Sequence record: SRR9188676_2407 | DNA length: 59,319 bases | Reading direction: 5' to 3' (one strand) | Part shown: positions 8,703 to 17,804 of the stretch, piece after piece | Layout: every line of letters begins with the position of its first letter | Position numbering within the stretch: position 1 is the first letter of the stretch | The notes under the pieces: generated by a model | What the model was told of the DNA's origin: nothing | The model's input: the letters and a program-made list of their open reading frames with translations, nothing else | Database searches by the model: none | Made by a program: the position numbers and the translations under genes

Positions 8703-10199
8703 TTAATAAACCGCCACATTGGAAATCACAGGGCAAGCCTTTGCATCTTTGATGTTGATTCTTACTTTACTGGTTTCAACGCCATCTAATTTCAAGATTC
8801 TTTTATAACCAATTGTTGTCGCTGAGGCCACTTCTTGCCAAGCGTTATTTTTCCAAACTTCTACATTAAAGCTTTTCACTCTTTGTCCGAGTTTGATGTA
8901 TTCTTGCAAGAGGACATATTTTACGGCTTTATTCCCTCCTAAATTAATTTCTAAACTACCAAATTTTTGTTCGTCGTCGGTTGTCCAGTAGGTTTCTTTG
9001 TTGCCATCAACTACATTTTTTGCTGAAAACTGAGGAGAATTTCCACGAAATGCACTTGCTTTTACAGAAGCTTTCAAGGCTAAATTAGTTTTAAATTCTT
9101 TGTCTAAAATTGCTTTAAATCCTTTCAAGGCTTTTACATCGTTTTCATGGAAAAGTCCACGGCGGTCAGGCGGAATGTTCAACAACAAATTTGAACCTCT
9201 ACCCACCGAAGAAAGATAAATTTCAAATAATCTTTCAGCAGATTTTACTTTATCGTCTTCTTTGGCATGATAAAACCAACCTGGACGAATAGAAACATCA
9301 ATTTCACTTGGAATCCAAGTTGTACCGTTTTCTGAACCTGTGTTCAACAATTGTTCAATGCCAGCTTTTCCTGCGTACAAAGTATCGGGCGTAATATTAT
9401 TCCAATTGGTTTCGCCTGCAATACCTTTTTCATTGCCGCACCAACGTATTTCTGGCCCAGCATCGCTAAAAAAGATAACATCAGGCTGCATTTTTCTAAC
9501 CATCGGAATGGTATTTTGCCAATCGTAATACGTTTTCCCGTCGATTTTACGTGCTTCTCTTGCTCCGCCATAATAGCCAGTTCCACCGTTTGCACCATCA
9601 AACCATAATTCAAAAACAGGTTTGTAAGTACTGAATAATTCCTGCAATTGATTTCTATAATAAGTAATGTATTCAGGTTTGCCATAATCAGCATGGTTTC
9701 TATCCCACGGAGATAAGTAAACGCCAAATTTTACGCCGAATTTCTTACAAGCCTCTGCCGTTTCTTTTACCACATCGCCTTTTCCACCTTTGTAAGGACT
9801 GTTTTTGATAGAATGCTCTGTGAATTTACTTGGCCAAAGCGTAAAACCATCGTGATGTTTACACGTAAGGATTGCTCCTTTAAAGCCTGTTTCTTTCAAA
9901 GTACTTATCCATTGGTTTGCATCCAAAGCCGTTGGATTAAATATCGCTGGACTTTCGTCGCCATTTCCCCATTCCAAATCTGTAAAAGTATTGGTTGTAA
10001 AATGGATAAAAGCATTGGTTTCCATTTCCTGATAGGCCAATTGGTCTTTTGTGGGAATTGGATACACTGGTTTTGGAGCTGAAACCGTTTTTTTACTTGT
10101 TTTCTTTACTACTGGCTCGCTTAACTTTGGTAAAGTGGAAGCGTGGTTTTGCTGAGAAAATAGTAAAAAAGGAATTGATAAAATCAGAGCATTTTTCAT
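8703..10199 (-). CDS. Alpha-L-fucosidase GH29 (1,3/4 type) with C-terminal F5/8 (CBM32) domain
   Basis: FIHF..NTF, TCKHHDGF.LWPS, YLSPWDRN, ELWFDGA, SIRPGWFYH, NLLLNIPP. Confidence 0.93.
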   Translation of the reverse strand: MKNALILSIPFLLFSQQNHASTLPKLSEPVVKKTSKKTVSAPKPVYPIPTKDQLAYQEMETNAFIHFTTNTFTDLEWGNGDESPAIFNPTALDANQWISTLKETGFKGAILTCKHHDGFTLWPSKFTEHSIKNSPYKGGKGDVVKETAEACKKFGVKFGVYLSPWDRNHADYGKPEYITYYRNQLQELFSTYKPVFELWFDGANGGTGYYGGAREARKIDGKTYYDWQNTIPMVRKMQPDVIFFSDAGPEIRWCGNEKGIAGETNWNNITPDTLYAGKAGIEQLLNTGSENGTTWIPSEIDVSIRPGWFYHAKEDDKVKSAERLFEIYLSSVGRGSNLLLNIPPDRRGLFHENDVKALKGFKAILDKEFKTNLALKASVKASAFRGNSPQFSAKNVVDGNKETYWTTDDEQKFGSLEINLGGNKAVKYVLLQEYIKLGQRVKSFNVEVWKNNAWQEVASATTIGYKRILKLDGVETSKVRINIKDAKACPVISNVAVY

Positions 10200-10302
10200 A
10201 ATATTATTAACTAATACAATTTTATTGACGTTTTTTTCTGTAATAAATGATTGATAATTAGAAAGTTAAAATGCTAATCACCATTAACCAATCACTCATT
10301 TA

Positions 10303-11730
10303 TTAGTATTTAAAAGCCAAACTTGGATAATTTTTATACTTTTTCAAGAAAGAAGCAGGTAAAGTAACGCTTACTTTATCGCCTTCGGCTTTCCATTTTA
10401 CGGCTACTTTTTCGCTGAGTAAAATTACTTTTGCTCCTTTTGCAGGCACGTTGCCTGTCCAAGTAATGGTTTGGTTAATGGCTTGGTCTTCTGGCAATCT
10501 TACTAAAGCATAAATTGAATTATCTTTTCCTTTCGTGAAAAATGTTTCTCCATCTCTGTAAATATCCGTAGTTCTGGTATTATAAATAGCTTCACCGTTG
10601 GTATTCAACCAAGTACCAATTTCTTTCAAACGAGCAACTTGGATGTCGTTCAAAGTGCCGTCTGCTCCTGGGCCAACACCCAATAATAAACTTCCGCCTT
10701 TGGCAACTACTTCAATCAAAGTATGCACAACTTTGGTGGCTGATTTAAAATTATCATTGGGTACATACCCCCAAGCACCGCCTAAAGTAATACAGCTTTC
10801 CCAAGGAGTATCTGATTTGGTAGCAGGAATACTTTGTTCGGGTGTTCTGTAATTTTCAAATTCTCCATGAACAGTTCTATCAACCACTAATAAGCCGGGT
10901 TGATTTTTACGAGCCATCGCAGCGATTTTTGGCATATCTATTTCTTGACTGAAAGCTGGAATGGCAGCTCCCCAAGCTCTTACTTCATCCGTTACAGTTT
11001 CTAAAGGACGAACCCAACCTCCATCAAGCCAAAGAATATCCATTTTTCCGTAGCCAGTCATTAATTCCTGAATTTGGTTATAAGAAAACTCTTTGAATTT
11101 GTTCCAACGCCAAGGATTTTTACGAATATCATAATTGGCATTGCGGTCTGGAGTAGCGTAACGATTCCACCAGAAGTATTCTGAATGCCAATCTGGTTTC
11201 GAGAAGTATGCACCAATCATAAAATTCTGTTTTCTGAAAGCCTCAAAAACATATTTGGCAACGTCTGCTTTAGGATTTTGTGCAAAAGGCCCGTTTGAAA
11301 TTTTAAAGTCAGAGTATTTTGTATCAAACATTGAAAAACCATCGTGGTGTTTCGTCGTAAAAACCACATATTTCATTCCCGCATCTTTGGCAGCACCAGC
11401 CCATTGGTCAGGGTTGAAATTGGTTGGATTAAACTTTTTGTTCAAACCCCAATACCATTTTTTATAGTCATCATAAGTTTGCGTACTGTCACGACTAATC
11501 CAGTCTTCCGAACATAATTCCCAAGATTCAATAATGCCCGGAACGGCATATAAACCCCAGTGAATAATCATCCCGAATTTTTGGTCTCGCCAAGTTTCTA
11601 ATTTTTCTCTCACCAATGGGTCTGTTGGATATTGGTACTCAGTGGAGGCTTGATGAATATTTCCTTGCGCTGATGTTTGGAAATGAATGGAAAAAGAAAG
11701 ACTAAGTAAAATACTTATTTTTTTTAACAT
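10303..11730 (-). CDS. Alpha-L-fucosidase GH29
   Basis: KFGMIIHWGLY, TTKHHDGF, YFSKPDW, ILWLDGGW, TPEQ, WESCIT; signal peptide. Confidence 0.93.
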   Translation of the reverse strand: MLKKISILLSLSFSIHFQTSAQGNIHQASTEYQYPTDPLVREKLETWRDQKFGMIIHWGLYAVPGIIESWELCSEDWISRDSTQTYDDYKKWYWGLNKKFNPTNFNPDQWAGAAKDAGMKYVVFTTKHHDGFSMFDTKYSDFKISNGPFAQNPKADVAKYVFEAFRKQNFMIGAYFSKPDWHSEYFWWNRYATPDRNANYDIRKNPWRWNKFKEFSYNQIQELMTGYGKMDILWLDGGWVRPLETVTDEVRAWGAAIPAFSQEIDMPKIAAMARKNQPGLLVVDRTVHGEFENYRTPEQSIPATKSDTPWESCITLGGAWGYVPNDNFKSATKVVHTLIEVVAKGGSLLLGVGPGADGTLNDIQVARLKEIGTWLNTNGEAIYNTRTTDIYRDGETFFTKGKDNSIYALVRLPEDQAINQTITWTGNVPAKGAKVILLSEKVAVKWKAEGDKVSVTLPASFLKKYKNYPSLAFKY

Positions 11731-12019
11731 AACGATAGATTTTATAAAGGATAATAAGACAAAAGTTGTACTCGTATTTTGTCGTTAATCAATAAACTCT
11801 TTAACTAAAGAGTATTTGCTAATATTATACCTGTTTGGATTTACTAAATTACGAAAATATTTGATTTATTTTTAAAATCGGAAATATATTGCATTTTAAG
11901 TAAAAATAAATAAAGGTTTTGTCGTCTTGTTACCGCTTAATAATTATTTTGAACTTAGAACCATTGAAAATTTTATTTTAGTTAATTTTAGATACAATCT
12001 TAAAACTAACTATGACAAA

Positions 12020-13138
12020 ATGACACACACAGTCCAGCCCAAGGAAACACTTTACAGTATCTCAAAAAAATACGGAATTTCTGTAGATCAACTTACAGCA
12101 TTGAACGGTTTAGCTTCAACTAATTTGTCTATCGGACAGGTTTTAGTGGTTGATTCTGATTCTTTTTCAGAGAACAATTCCTCAAACAATGAATCTTTTA
12201 ATAACGTAATAGATTATGGCAATTCGGTTTTCCAACGACGACAAGTATTTCAAGTACAGCAAGAAAACAAAGGTTCTTACAGTACTTATGTAATTAGTTT
12301 TCCTAGTCCAGATGGCTTTATGCAAACAGGAACAATGCGTGATGTATATCCTTCGCCCAATCAAGTAAATCCGAGAGGAGTAAGTTATGCAGGAAAATCT
12401 AGCTTTGATGAAAATAAAAACATGTTTCTGGATATTTGCCAAGAACCTTTTTATGCAGATATTCTGAAATATATTTCCAAAAATGAAGGCTGTTTTGATG
12501 CTGTAAATAGCTATGACAAAGCCATTTTTTCATTTGGTTTTATTCAGTTTACAGGTGCAGTGGCTAGTGGTTCGATGCTTAGTAAAGTATTAGCACGGTT
12601 GAAAGAAAGAGACGAAGACGTTTTTAATGAATGTTTCATACAATATGGAATGGACATTCAAAGTTTCGGAACGCCAATTTTTCAAGTAGAAACCAATGGC
12701 GGTACGAAAGAAGGCGATGCAGCATATTTAGAAGTAGCCAACGATTTAAGATTGACAGGCGCATTTATTGCCAGTGCTTTCAGACCAACGATGATTTGCG
12801 TACAAGTAGAAATTGCTTTAGAAGAATATGTTTTCAAAGCAGTTTCATCTTCGGTAATGATTTCAATTTTTGGGAATGCTTATTCTTTAAATCAAATTAT
12901 GAGTACTGAAGGCGGAATTGCTTTCAGAGTTGATTTAGCCGTAAATCGTGGTCTGAGCGGTTCTTTAGCAGTATTAAAAAAGGCGATTGAACAAGTTTTA
13001 TCTGAATCTGGAAGTTCAGATATTTCAAGTTTAGACGAAAGAAATATCGTTGAAAAAGTAGCAATGAACGACGCAGAAGCATGGAAAAAGCAAAGAGTAT
13101 TGAAAATTTTGGATAGTGGATTTAGTTTTGAGAAGTAG
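12020..13138 (+). CDS. LysM-domain protein with a putative lysozyme-like catalytic domain
   Basis: HTVQPKETLYSISKKYGISVDQL..LNGL..TNLSIGQVL (LysM) and NEGCFDAVNSYD...SFGFIQF. Start set at ATG 12020. Confidence 0.8.
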   Translation: MTHTVQPKETLYSISKKYGISVDQLTALNGLASTNLSIGQVLVVDSDSFSENNSSNNESFNNVIDYGNSVFQRRQVFQVQQENKGSYSTYVISFPSPDGFMQTGTMRDVYPSPNQVNPRGVSYAGKSSFDENKNMFLDICQEPFYADILKYISKNEGCFDAVNSYDKAIFSFGFIQFTGAVASGSMLSKVLARLKERDEDVFNECFIQYGMDIQSFGTPIFQVETNGGTKEGDAAYLEVANDLRLTGAFIASAFRPTMICVQVEIALEEYVFKAVSSSVMISIFGNAYSLNQIMSTEGGIAFRVDLAVNRGLSGSLAVLKKAIEQVLSESGSSDISSLDERNIVEKVAMNDAEAWKKQRVLKILDSGFSFEK

Positions 13139-13191
13139 ATTACTTGAAAATAATCATCATGCAGCTCAATTTTAGTTAAATAGTTTTACGG

Positions 13192-14004
13192 ATGAAATCA
13201 AAGAAGCAAGCTAATCAATACGATAAGATATTCAAGGAAAATATTGAGGCAGTTATACCAAGTCTGATGCAAAATATACTTGGTATAACTGCGGTTTTAT
13301 CAGAAGAAATTCCAGATGATATTCAGCATACAAAGGAGAGAAAACCTGATGTTTTAAAGAAAATTACTGATACTGGAGGTAATACTTTTGTCTTACAAAT
13401 AGAATTTCAAGTGGTTGATGAGCCTGATATGATTTATAGAATGGCAGAGTACAACGTCATGTTGGCAAGAAAATATAAATTGCCAATCGAGCAATTTGTG
13501 ATTTACCTTGGCTTAACAAAGCCAAAATTTTCAACTCAGATAGAAAGTAAATTGTTAAGTTACAGATTTCCTTTAATCACATTTTCTGAACTTGATTATC
13601 ATATTTTTCTAAAATCAGATAAACCAGAAGAAATAATATTGGGTATTTTAGCAAATTTCAAAGAAGAAGACTCAGAAAATATTTTGAAGGAAATTATTCA
13701 TCGTATTGAAGAAACCACCGATGGTGATTTTTCGTTAAGGAGGTATATTAAACAGTTGCGAATCTTAGCTCAATTGCGTAATTTAGAACAAAAACTTAAA
13801 GAAATTATCATGATAAGTATTGCTGAATATATAGATGAAGAGAGAGATGTTGCTTTTATGATTGCTAAAGAAAAAGAACAAACTAAATTTGTTATCAACT
13901 TGCTTAATGAGAGCGACTTTACTCTTGAAAAGATTGCCAAGTTAACTAACGTCTCACTAGATTTCGTAAAAAACATTCAAGAAAAACTCCATAAAGAAAA
14001 GTGA
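13192..14004 (+). CDS. Rpn-family PD-(D/E)XK nuclease-like protein
   Basis: YDKIFKEN, ERKPD.L, LQIEFQ...DM..RMAEY, VIYLG, and a C-terminal HTH-like tail (LEKIAKLTNVS). Confidence 0.8.
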   Translation: MKSKKQANQYDKIFKENIEAVIPSLMQNILGITAVLSEEIPDDIQHTKERKPDVLKKITDTGGNTFVLQIEFQVVDEPDMIYRMAEYNVMLARKYKLPIEQFVIYLGLTKPKFSTQIESKLLSYRFPLITFSELDYHIFLKSDKPEEIILGILANFKEEDSENILKEIIHRIEETTDGDFSLRRYIKQLRILAQLRNLEQKLKEIIMISIAEYIDEERDVAFMIAKEKEQTKFVINLLNESDFTLEKIAKLTNVSLDFVKNIQEKLHKEK

Positions 14005-14018
14005 TTAAGCAAGAGAAA

Positions 14019-15290
14019 TTAAAAATCTAAAGCCTTTACTTTAATTGCATCGGCAATTTTAGTGGTGTATTTGGGTGATAATTTCTCTTGTTTCATTTTC
14101 CAAGTACGTTTTAAATCTTGTGTAGCTAATTTTACTTTAATTGCGCCCATTTTTCTGTTAATGTTATCAACAGTTTCCATTAGCTTTTTGTGTTTTGGAT
14201 TGCTGTTTTCAAAGAGATTCATCTGTTGAGAGCCTTCTGGGCTAAAATCTGTTAGAATTACTCCAGCTTTTTTATATTCAAAACCTTTTTTGAAAATCTT
14301 ATCTAAGGCTTCTGTCGCAAATTTGGCTAATTCTATGTTGGAATTCGTTGGAAACGGTAATGCAAGAAAATGGCTTCTGTTGTATTGTGCTAATTCTTTT
14401 CTATGGCTGTTGGTACGAAGAAAAACTACAATCGCATTGCAACACGCTTTTTGTTTTCTTAATTTCTCCGCACAGCTTACTGTAAAAGTGACTATTCTTT
14501 CTTTGATAAGTTCGTAGTCTTTATAATTGGTTTCAAAACTTCTGGTGGTTGCGATGTTTCTTTTGTCAGCTACTTCGTCGAGGTCTAAACAATTTATCCC
14601 TTGTAATTCTTTATATAAACGGAGTCCGACAACTCCCATTTCTTTTTTTACCCATTCTTCTTTACAATTTACAAAATCAAAAGCAGTTTGTATTTCTACA
14701 GCTTTCAAACGTTTTGCAAGTTTGTAACCAATTCCCCAAACAGCTTCTATCGCCAACCATTTTAAGGCTTTAATACGTTTTTCATCTGTATCAATTACAT
14801 AAACGTTGCCTGTTTTTTCAGAGAATTTTTTAGCAATATTATTCGCTACTTTTGAAAGGGCTTTGGTAGGAGCAATGCCAACACTGATAGGAATTCCTGT
14901 GCCTTTGGTTACTCTGTAACGAATCTGTTTGCCATATTCCTGTAAATCGAAATGTTTTTCAAAGCCTTCAAATTTTAGAAAAGCTTCGTCGATACTGTAA
15001 ATCTCGATGTCAGGTGTAAACTCTGCAAGTAGATTCATTACACGGTTACTCATATCTCCATAAAGTGCATAATTGGAAGAAAGGACATGAATCTTCTTTT
15101 TCTCGAAAAAATCTTGGAATTTATAAGCTGGCGCACCCATTGGCACTCCTGCATTTTTGGCTTCGTTACTTCTGGAAATCACACAACCATCATTGTTCGA
15201 AAGTATAGCAATAGGCTGGTTTCTCAGTTTAGGCTGAAAAACTCTTTCGCAGGATGCGTAAAAATTATTGCAATCAACTAAAGCAAACAT
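14019..15290 (-). CDS. umuC: Y-family DNA polymerase V subunit UmuC
   Basis: ALVDCNNFYASCE, LSNNDGC, SSNYALYGDMS, YSIDEAF, C-terminal LSPKYTT. Confidence 0.95.
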   Translation of the reverse strand: MFALVDCNNFYASCERVFQPKLRNQPIAILSNNDGCVISRSNEAKNAGVPMGAPAYKFQDFFEKKKIHVLSSNYALYGDMSNRVMNLLAEFTPDIEIYSIDEAFLKFEGFEKHFDLQEYGKQIRYRVTKGTGIPISVGIAPTKALSKVANNIAKKFSEKTGNVYVIDTDEKRIKALKWLAIEAVWGIGYKLAKRLKAVEIQTAFDFVNCKEEWVKKEMGVVGLRLYKELQGINCLDLDEVADKRNIATTRSFETNYKDYELIKERIVTFTVSCAEKLRKQKACCNAIVVFLRTNSHRKELAQYNRSHFLALPFPTNSNIELAKFATEALDKIFKKGFEYKKAGVILTDFSPEGSQQMNLFENSNPKHKKLMETVDNINRKMGAIKVKLATQDLKRTWKMKQEKLSPKYTTKIADAIKVKALDF

Positions 15291-15293
15291 ATT

Positions 15294-15743
15294 TTAATGC
15301 TTTTGAATGGAAAAAGTAACAATTCCCCAAATTTCAAAGTCGTGATATTCTGTAATTTTTGTAGGCTTATAATTTTCGTTGGCAGGCATCAGCCAAATGC
15401 CGTCTTTGTCAACTTTCAAGCGTTTCAAAACAAATTCACCATTCAAAATGCAAACTGCAATTTTACCATCTGATGGTTCAAGTAATTTATCTACAATTAG
15501 CAAATCTTTATCAGCAATGCCAGCGTCAGTCATAGAAACGCCATCCGTAATGGCGATAAAAGTAGTAGAAGGATGTTTGATTAAATACTTATTGAGGTCG
15601 ATAGTGGAATCTAAAAAATCTGCTGCAGGCGAAGGGAAACCAGCACTGATGCCTCCTTCGATGAGCGGTAAAGCTAAAGAAGTTTCATTCGAAAGGGCAT
15701 AAATTCTTAATTTACCTTTAGTATTAATGGCTTTTAGATTCAT
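15294..15743 (-). CDS. umuD: UmuD-like S24 autopeptidase
   Basis: SAGFPSPA cleavage site, G.SM (Ser), VLKRL (Lys), EIWGIVT. Confidence 0.93.
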   Translation of the reverse strand: MNLKAINTKGKLRIYALSNETSLALPLIEGGISAGFPSPAADFLDSTIDLNKYLIKHPSTTFIAITDGVSMTDAGIADKDLLIVDKLLEPSDGKIAVCILNGEFVLKRLKVDKDGIWLMPANENYKPTKITEYHDFEIWGIVTFSIQKH

Positions 15744-15755
15744 TGACTTGGCTTA

Positions 15756-16244
15756 TTAAACGGATTTACGCATTACATAATCGTTCATCCAGAAATCATT
15801 TCCAATATTAACATCTACTTCTTTAAATACTTCAAAACCCAATTTTTCATAGAAATTTCTTGCTTTGTTGTTTCTGTTAACGTTCAATTCGATGAATTCA
15901 CAATTTTCGTTTTGCGCTATTTTTACAATTTCTGCAATCATGATTTTTCCGAAGCCTTTTCCTTGTGTTTCTGGCAAGAAGTAAATCTTATGTAATTTTA
16001 TCATTTTTCCTATTTTCTCAATGCCTGAAAATCCTACAGGTTTTTCGTTATCAATGAAAATATAAAAATGATTGGTTTCAAATTGTTTGGTTAATGATGC
16101 AGTACTGTACATCATTTCTAGCATAAATAAAGTTTGTTCTTCCGTTAAAATACTTCCGTAAGTTGGTCTCCAAGTTTCATTCGCAATTTGTTGAATGATG
16201 GACAAATCTTGTAATTGAGCTTTTTCAATGTTGTAATTACTCAT
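15756..16244 (-). CDS. GNAT N-acetyltransferase
   Basis: LHKIYFLP..QGKGFG, LNVNRNN.A..FYEKLGF. Confidence 0.9.
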   Translation of the reverse strand: MSNYNIEKAQLQDLSIIQQIANETWRPTYGSILTEEQTLFMLEMMYSTASLTKQFETNHFYIFIDNEKPVGFSGIEKIGKMIKLHKIYFLPETQGKGFGKIMIAEIVKIAQNENCEFIELNVNRNNKARNFYEKLGFEVFKEVDVNIGNDFWMNDYVMRKSV

Positions 16245-16245
16245 T

Positions 16246-16821
16246 TTAATCAAATTTTTGGTCTTTTAATGAAAATAGCGCAGGATATTTTGGCGTAATA
16301 TTCAAGTAATATTTTTGAATTGCAACCAAATCTGTTGCATAATTTCCTGTTGGATAAAATACATCTAAAAAGCCAGCTTCTTTTTTCTTGAAATCTAAAA
16401 AACCTAATACAATGGGTACTTGTGCTTTTACTGCAATATGGTAAAATCCTGATTTCCATTCGCTTGTGTATGAGCGTGTTCCTTCCGCAGGAACAATCAA
16501 ATGTACGTTTTTGTTTGAATCGCTCAATAATTTAGCCATTTCGTCCACCAAATTGTTTTTTTGCTTTCTATTGACAGGAATGCCGCCTAAAGCACGCATA
16601 AGTATTCCTAATGGAAATTTAAAGAGCGAATCTTTTGCTAAATACCGAATGGGAAGTTCTACAGAATAGATAGCTGCCATGCAGTAGAGATAGTCCCAAT
16701 TGGAAGTATGAGGTGCTGCGATGATGACCGCACGTGGGTAAGATTTTACGCCATTTGGTGTATTATCAATAGCTTTCCAGCCTGAAAATTGTAGAATGAG
16801 TTGACCTATGAATTTTAACAT
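16246..16821 (-). CDS. PlsC-family 1-acyl-glycerol-3-phosphate acyltransferase-like protein
   Basis: PHTSNWD (HxxxxD), PAEGTRS, WKSGFYHIA. Confidence 0.9.
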   Translation of the reverse strand: MLKFIGQLILQFSGWKAIDNTPNGVKSYPRAVIIAAPHTSNWDYLYCMAAIYSVELPIRYLAKDSLFKFPLGILMRALGGIPVNRKQKNNLVDEMAKLLSDSNKNVHLIVPAEGTRSYTSEWKSGFYHIAVKAQVPIVLGFLDFKKKEAGFLDVFYPTGNYATDLVAIQKYYLNITPKYPALFSLKDQKFD

Positions 16822-16999
16822 GAATGATTATTGTAATTTCGTCACCACAACAAAACTACCTATATTTGATTTGAGATTCAAAAGTAAAGATATTTTAGTA
16901 TTATTATTGGATATTTAATGATAATAATTAGAATGTTAGAATGTCAAAATTTAAATTTGATTCAGCAAGTATAGAAATTAAAAATACTGTTTATAAACA

Positions 17000-17767
17000 A
17001 TGCAAAAACCACTCATATTGATTGCTAATGATGATTCAATAGCGGCGAAAGGGATAAAAACATTAGCAGAAATTATGTCTAAAATCGGGGAGGTTGTCGT
17101 AGTAGCACCCGATAGCCACCAATCTGGCATGGGACACGCCATTACGTTAGACAGACCGCTCAGAGTGAATCCAGTAAAAGATTTTTTACCAAACGTAGAA
17201 GCTTATCAATGCAGTGGTACTCCTGCTGATTGCATCAAATTTGGGAAACACTTTTTGTTGAAAGGTAGAAAAATAGACTTAGTTGTTTCTGGAATTAATC
17301 ATGGTTCAAATTCTTCTATTTCAGTAATTTATAGTGGAACAATGTCGGCGGCGATTGAAGCGGCGATAGAAGGAATTCCAGCCATTGGTTTTTCATTATG
17401 TGATTTTGGGGCTGATGCAGATTTCTCTCATACAGAAGAATACATCGTTCAGATTGCCAAGAAAGTACTTCAAAATGGTTTACCGAAAGGCATTGCTTTG
17501 AATGTGAATTTCCCGAAAAAATCAGAAGAAGCCATCAAAGGAATTAAAATTTGTCGTCAAACGGATGCTTTGTATCGTGAGACTTTCCAAGAAAGACAAG
17601 ACCCTTATGGCAAAAAATATTATTGGATGGACGGATTCCTTCAAAATGACGATACCGCTGGCGGAAATGACGAAGATGCTTTGGCTGAAAACTATGTGTC
17701 GATTGTTCCTGCAAAATTTGATTTGACAGATTATCAAGCACTTGACACCATTAAAGAATGGTTTTAA
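17000..17767 (+). CDS. surE: 5'/3'-nucleotidase SurE
   Basis: ILIANDD, VVAP..QSG, SGTPADC, SGINHGSN, YSGTMSAAIE. Confidence 0.96.
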   Translation: MQKPLILIANDDSIAAKGIKTLAEIMSKIGEVVVVAPDSHQSGMGHAITLDRPLRVNPVKDFLPNVEAYQCSGTPADCIKFGKHFLLKGRKIDLVVSGINHGSNSSISVIYSGTMSAAIEAAIEGIPAIGFSLCDFGADADFSHTEEYIVQIAKKVLQNGLPKGIALNVNFPKKSEEAIKGIKICRQTDALYRETFQERQDPYGKKYYWMDGFLQNDDTAGGNDEDALAENYVSIVPAKFDLTDYQALDTIKEWF

Positions 17768-17804
17768 CAACAATTTTAAATTTGTAGCAATTAATTCCTG
17801 AGCA

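Noticed and set aside
13192-14004. Rpn gene as a transposase or IS
   Set aside because: No terminal inverted repeats or target duplication were seen; the family is a PD-(D/E)XK nuclease, not a proven transposase.
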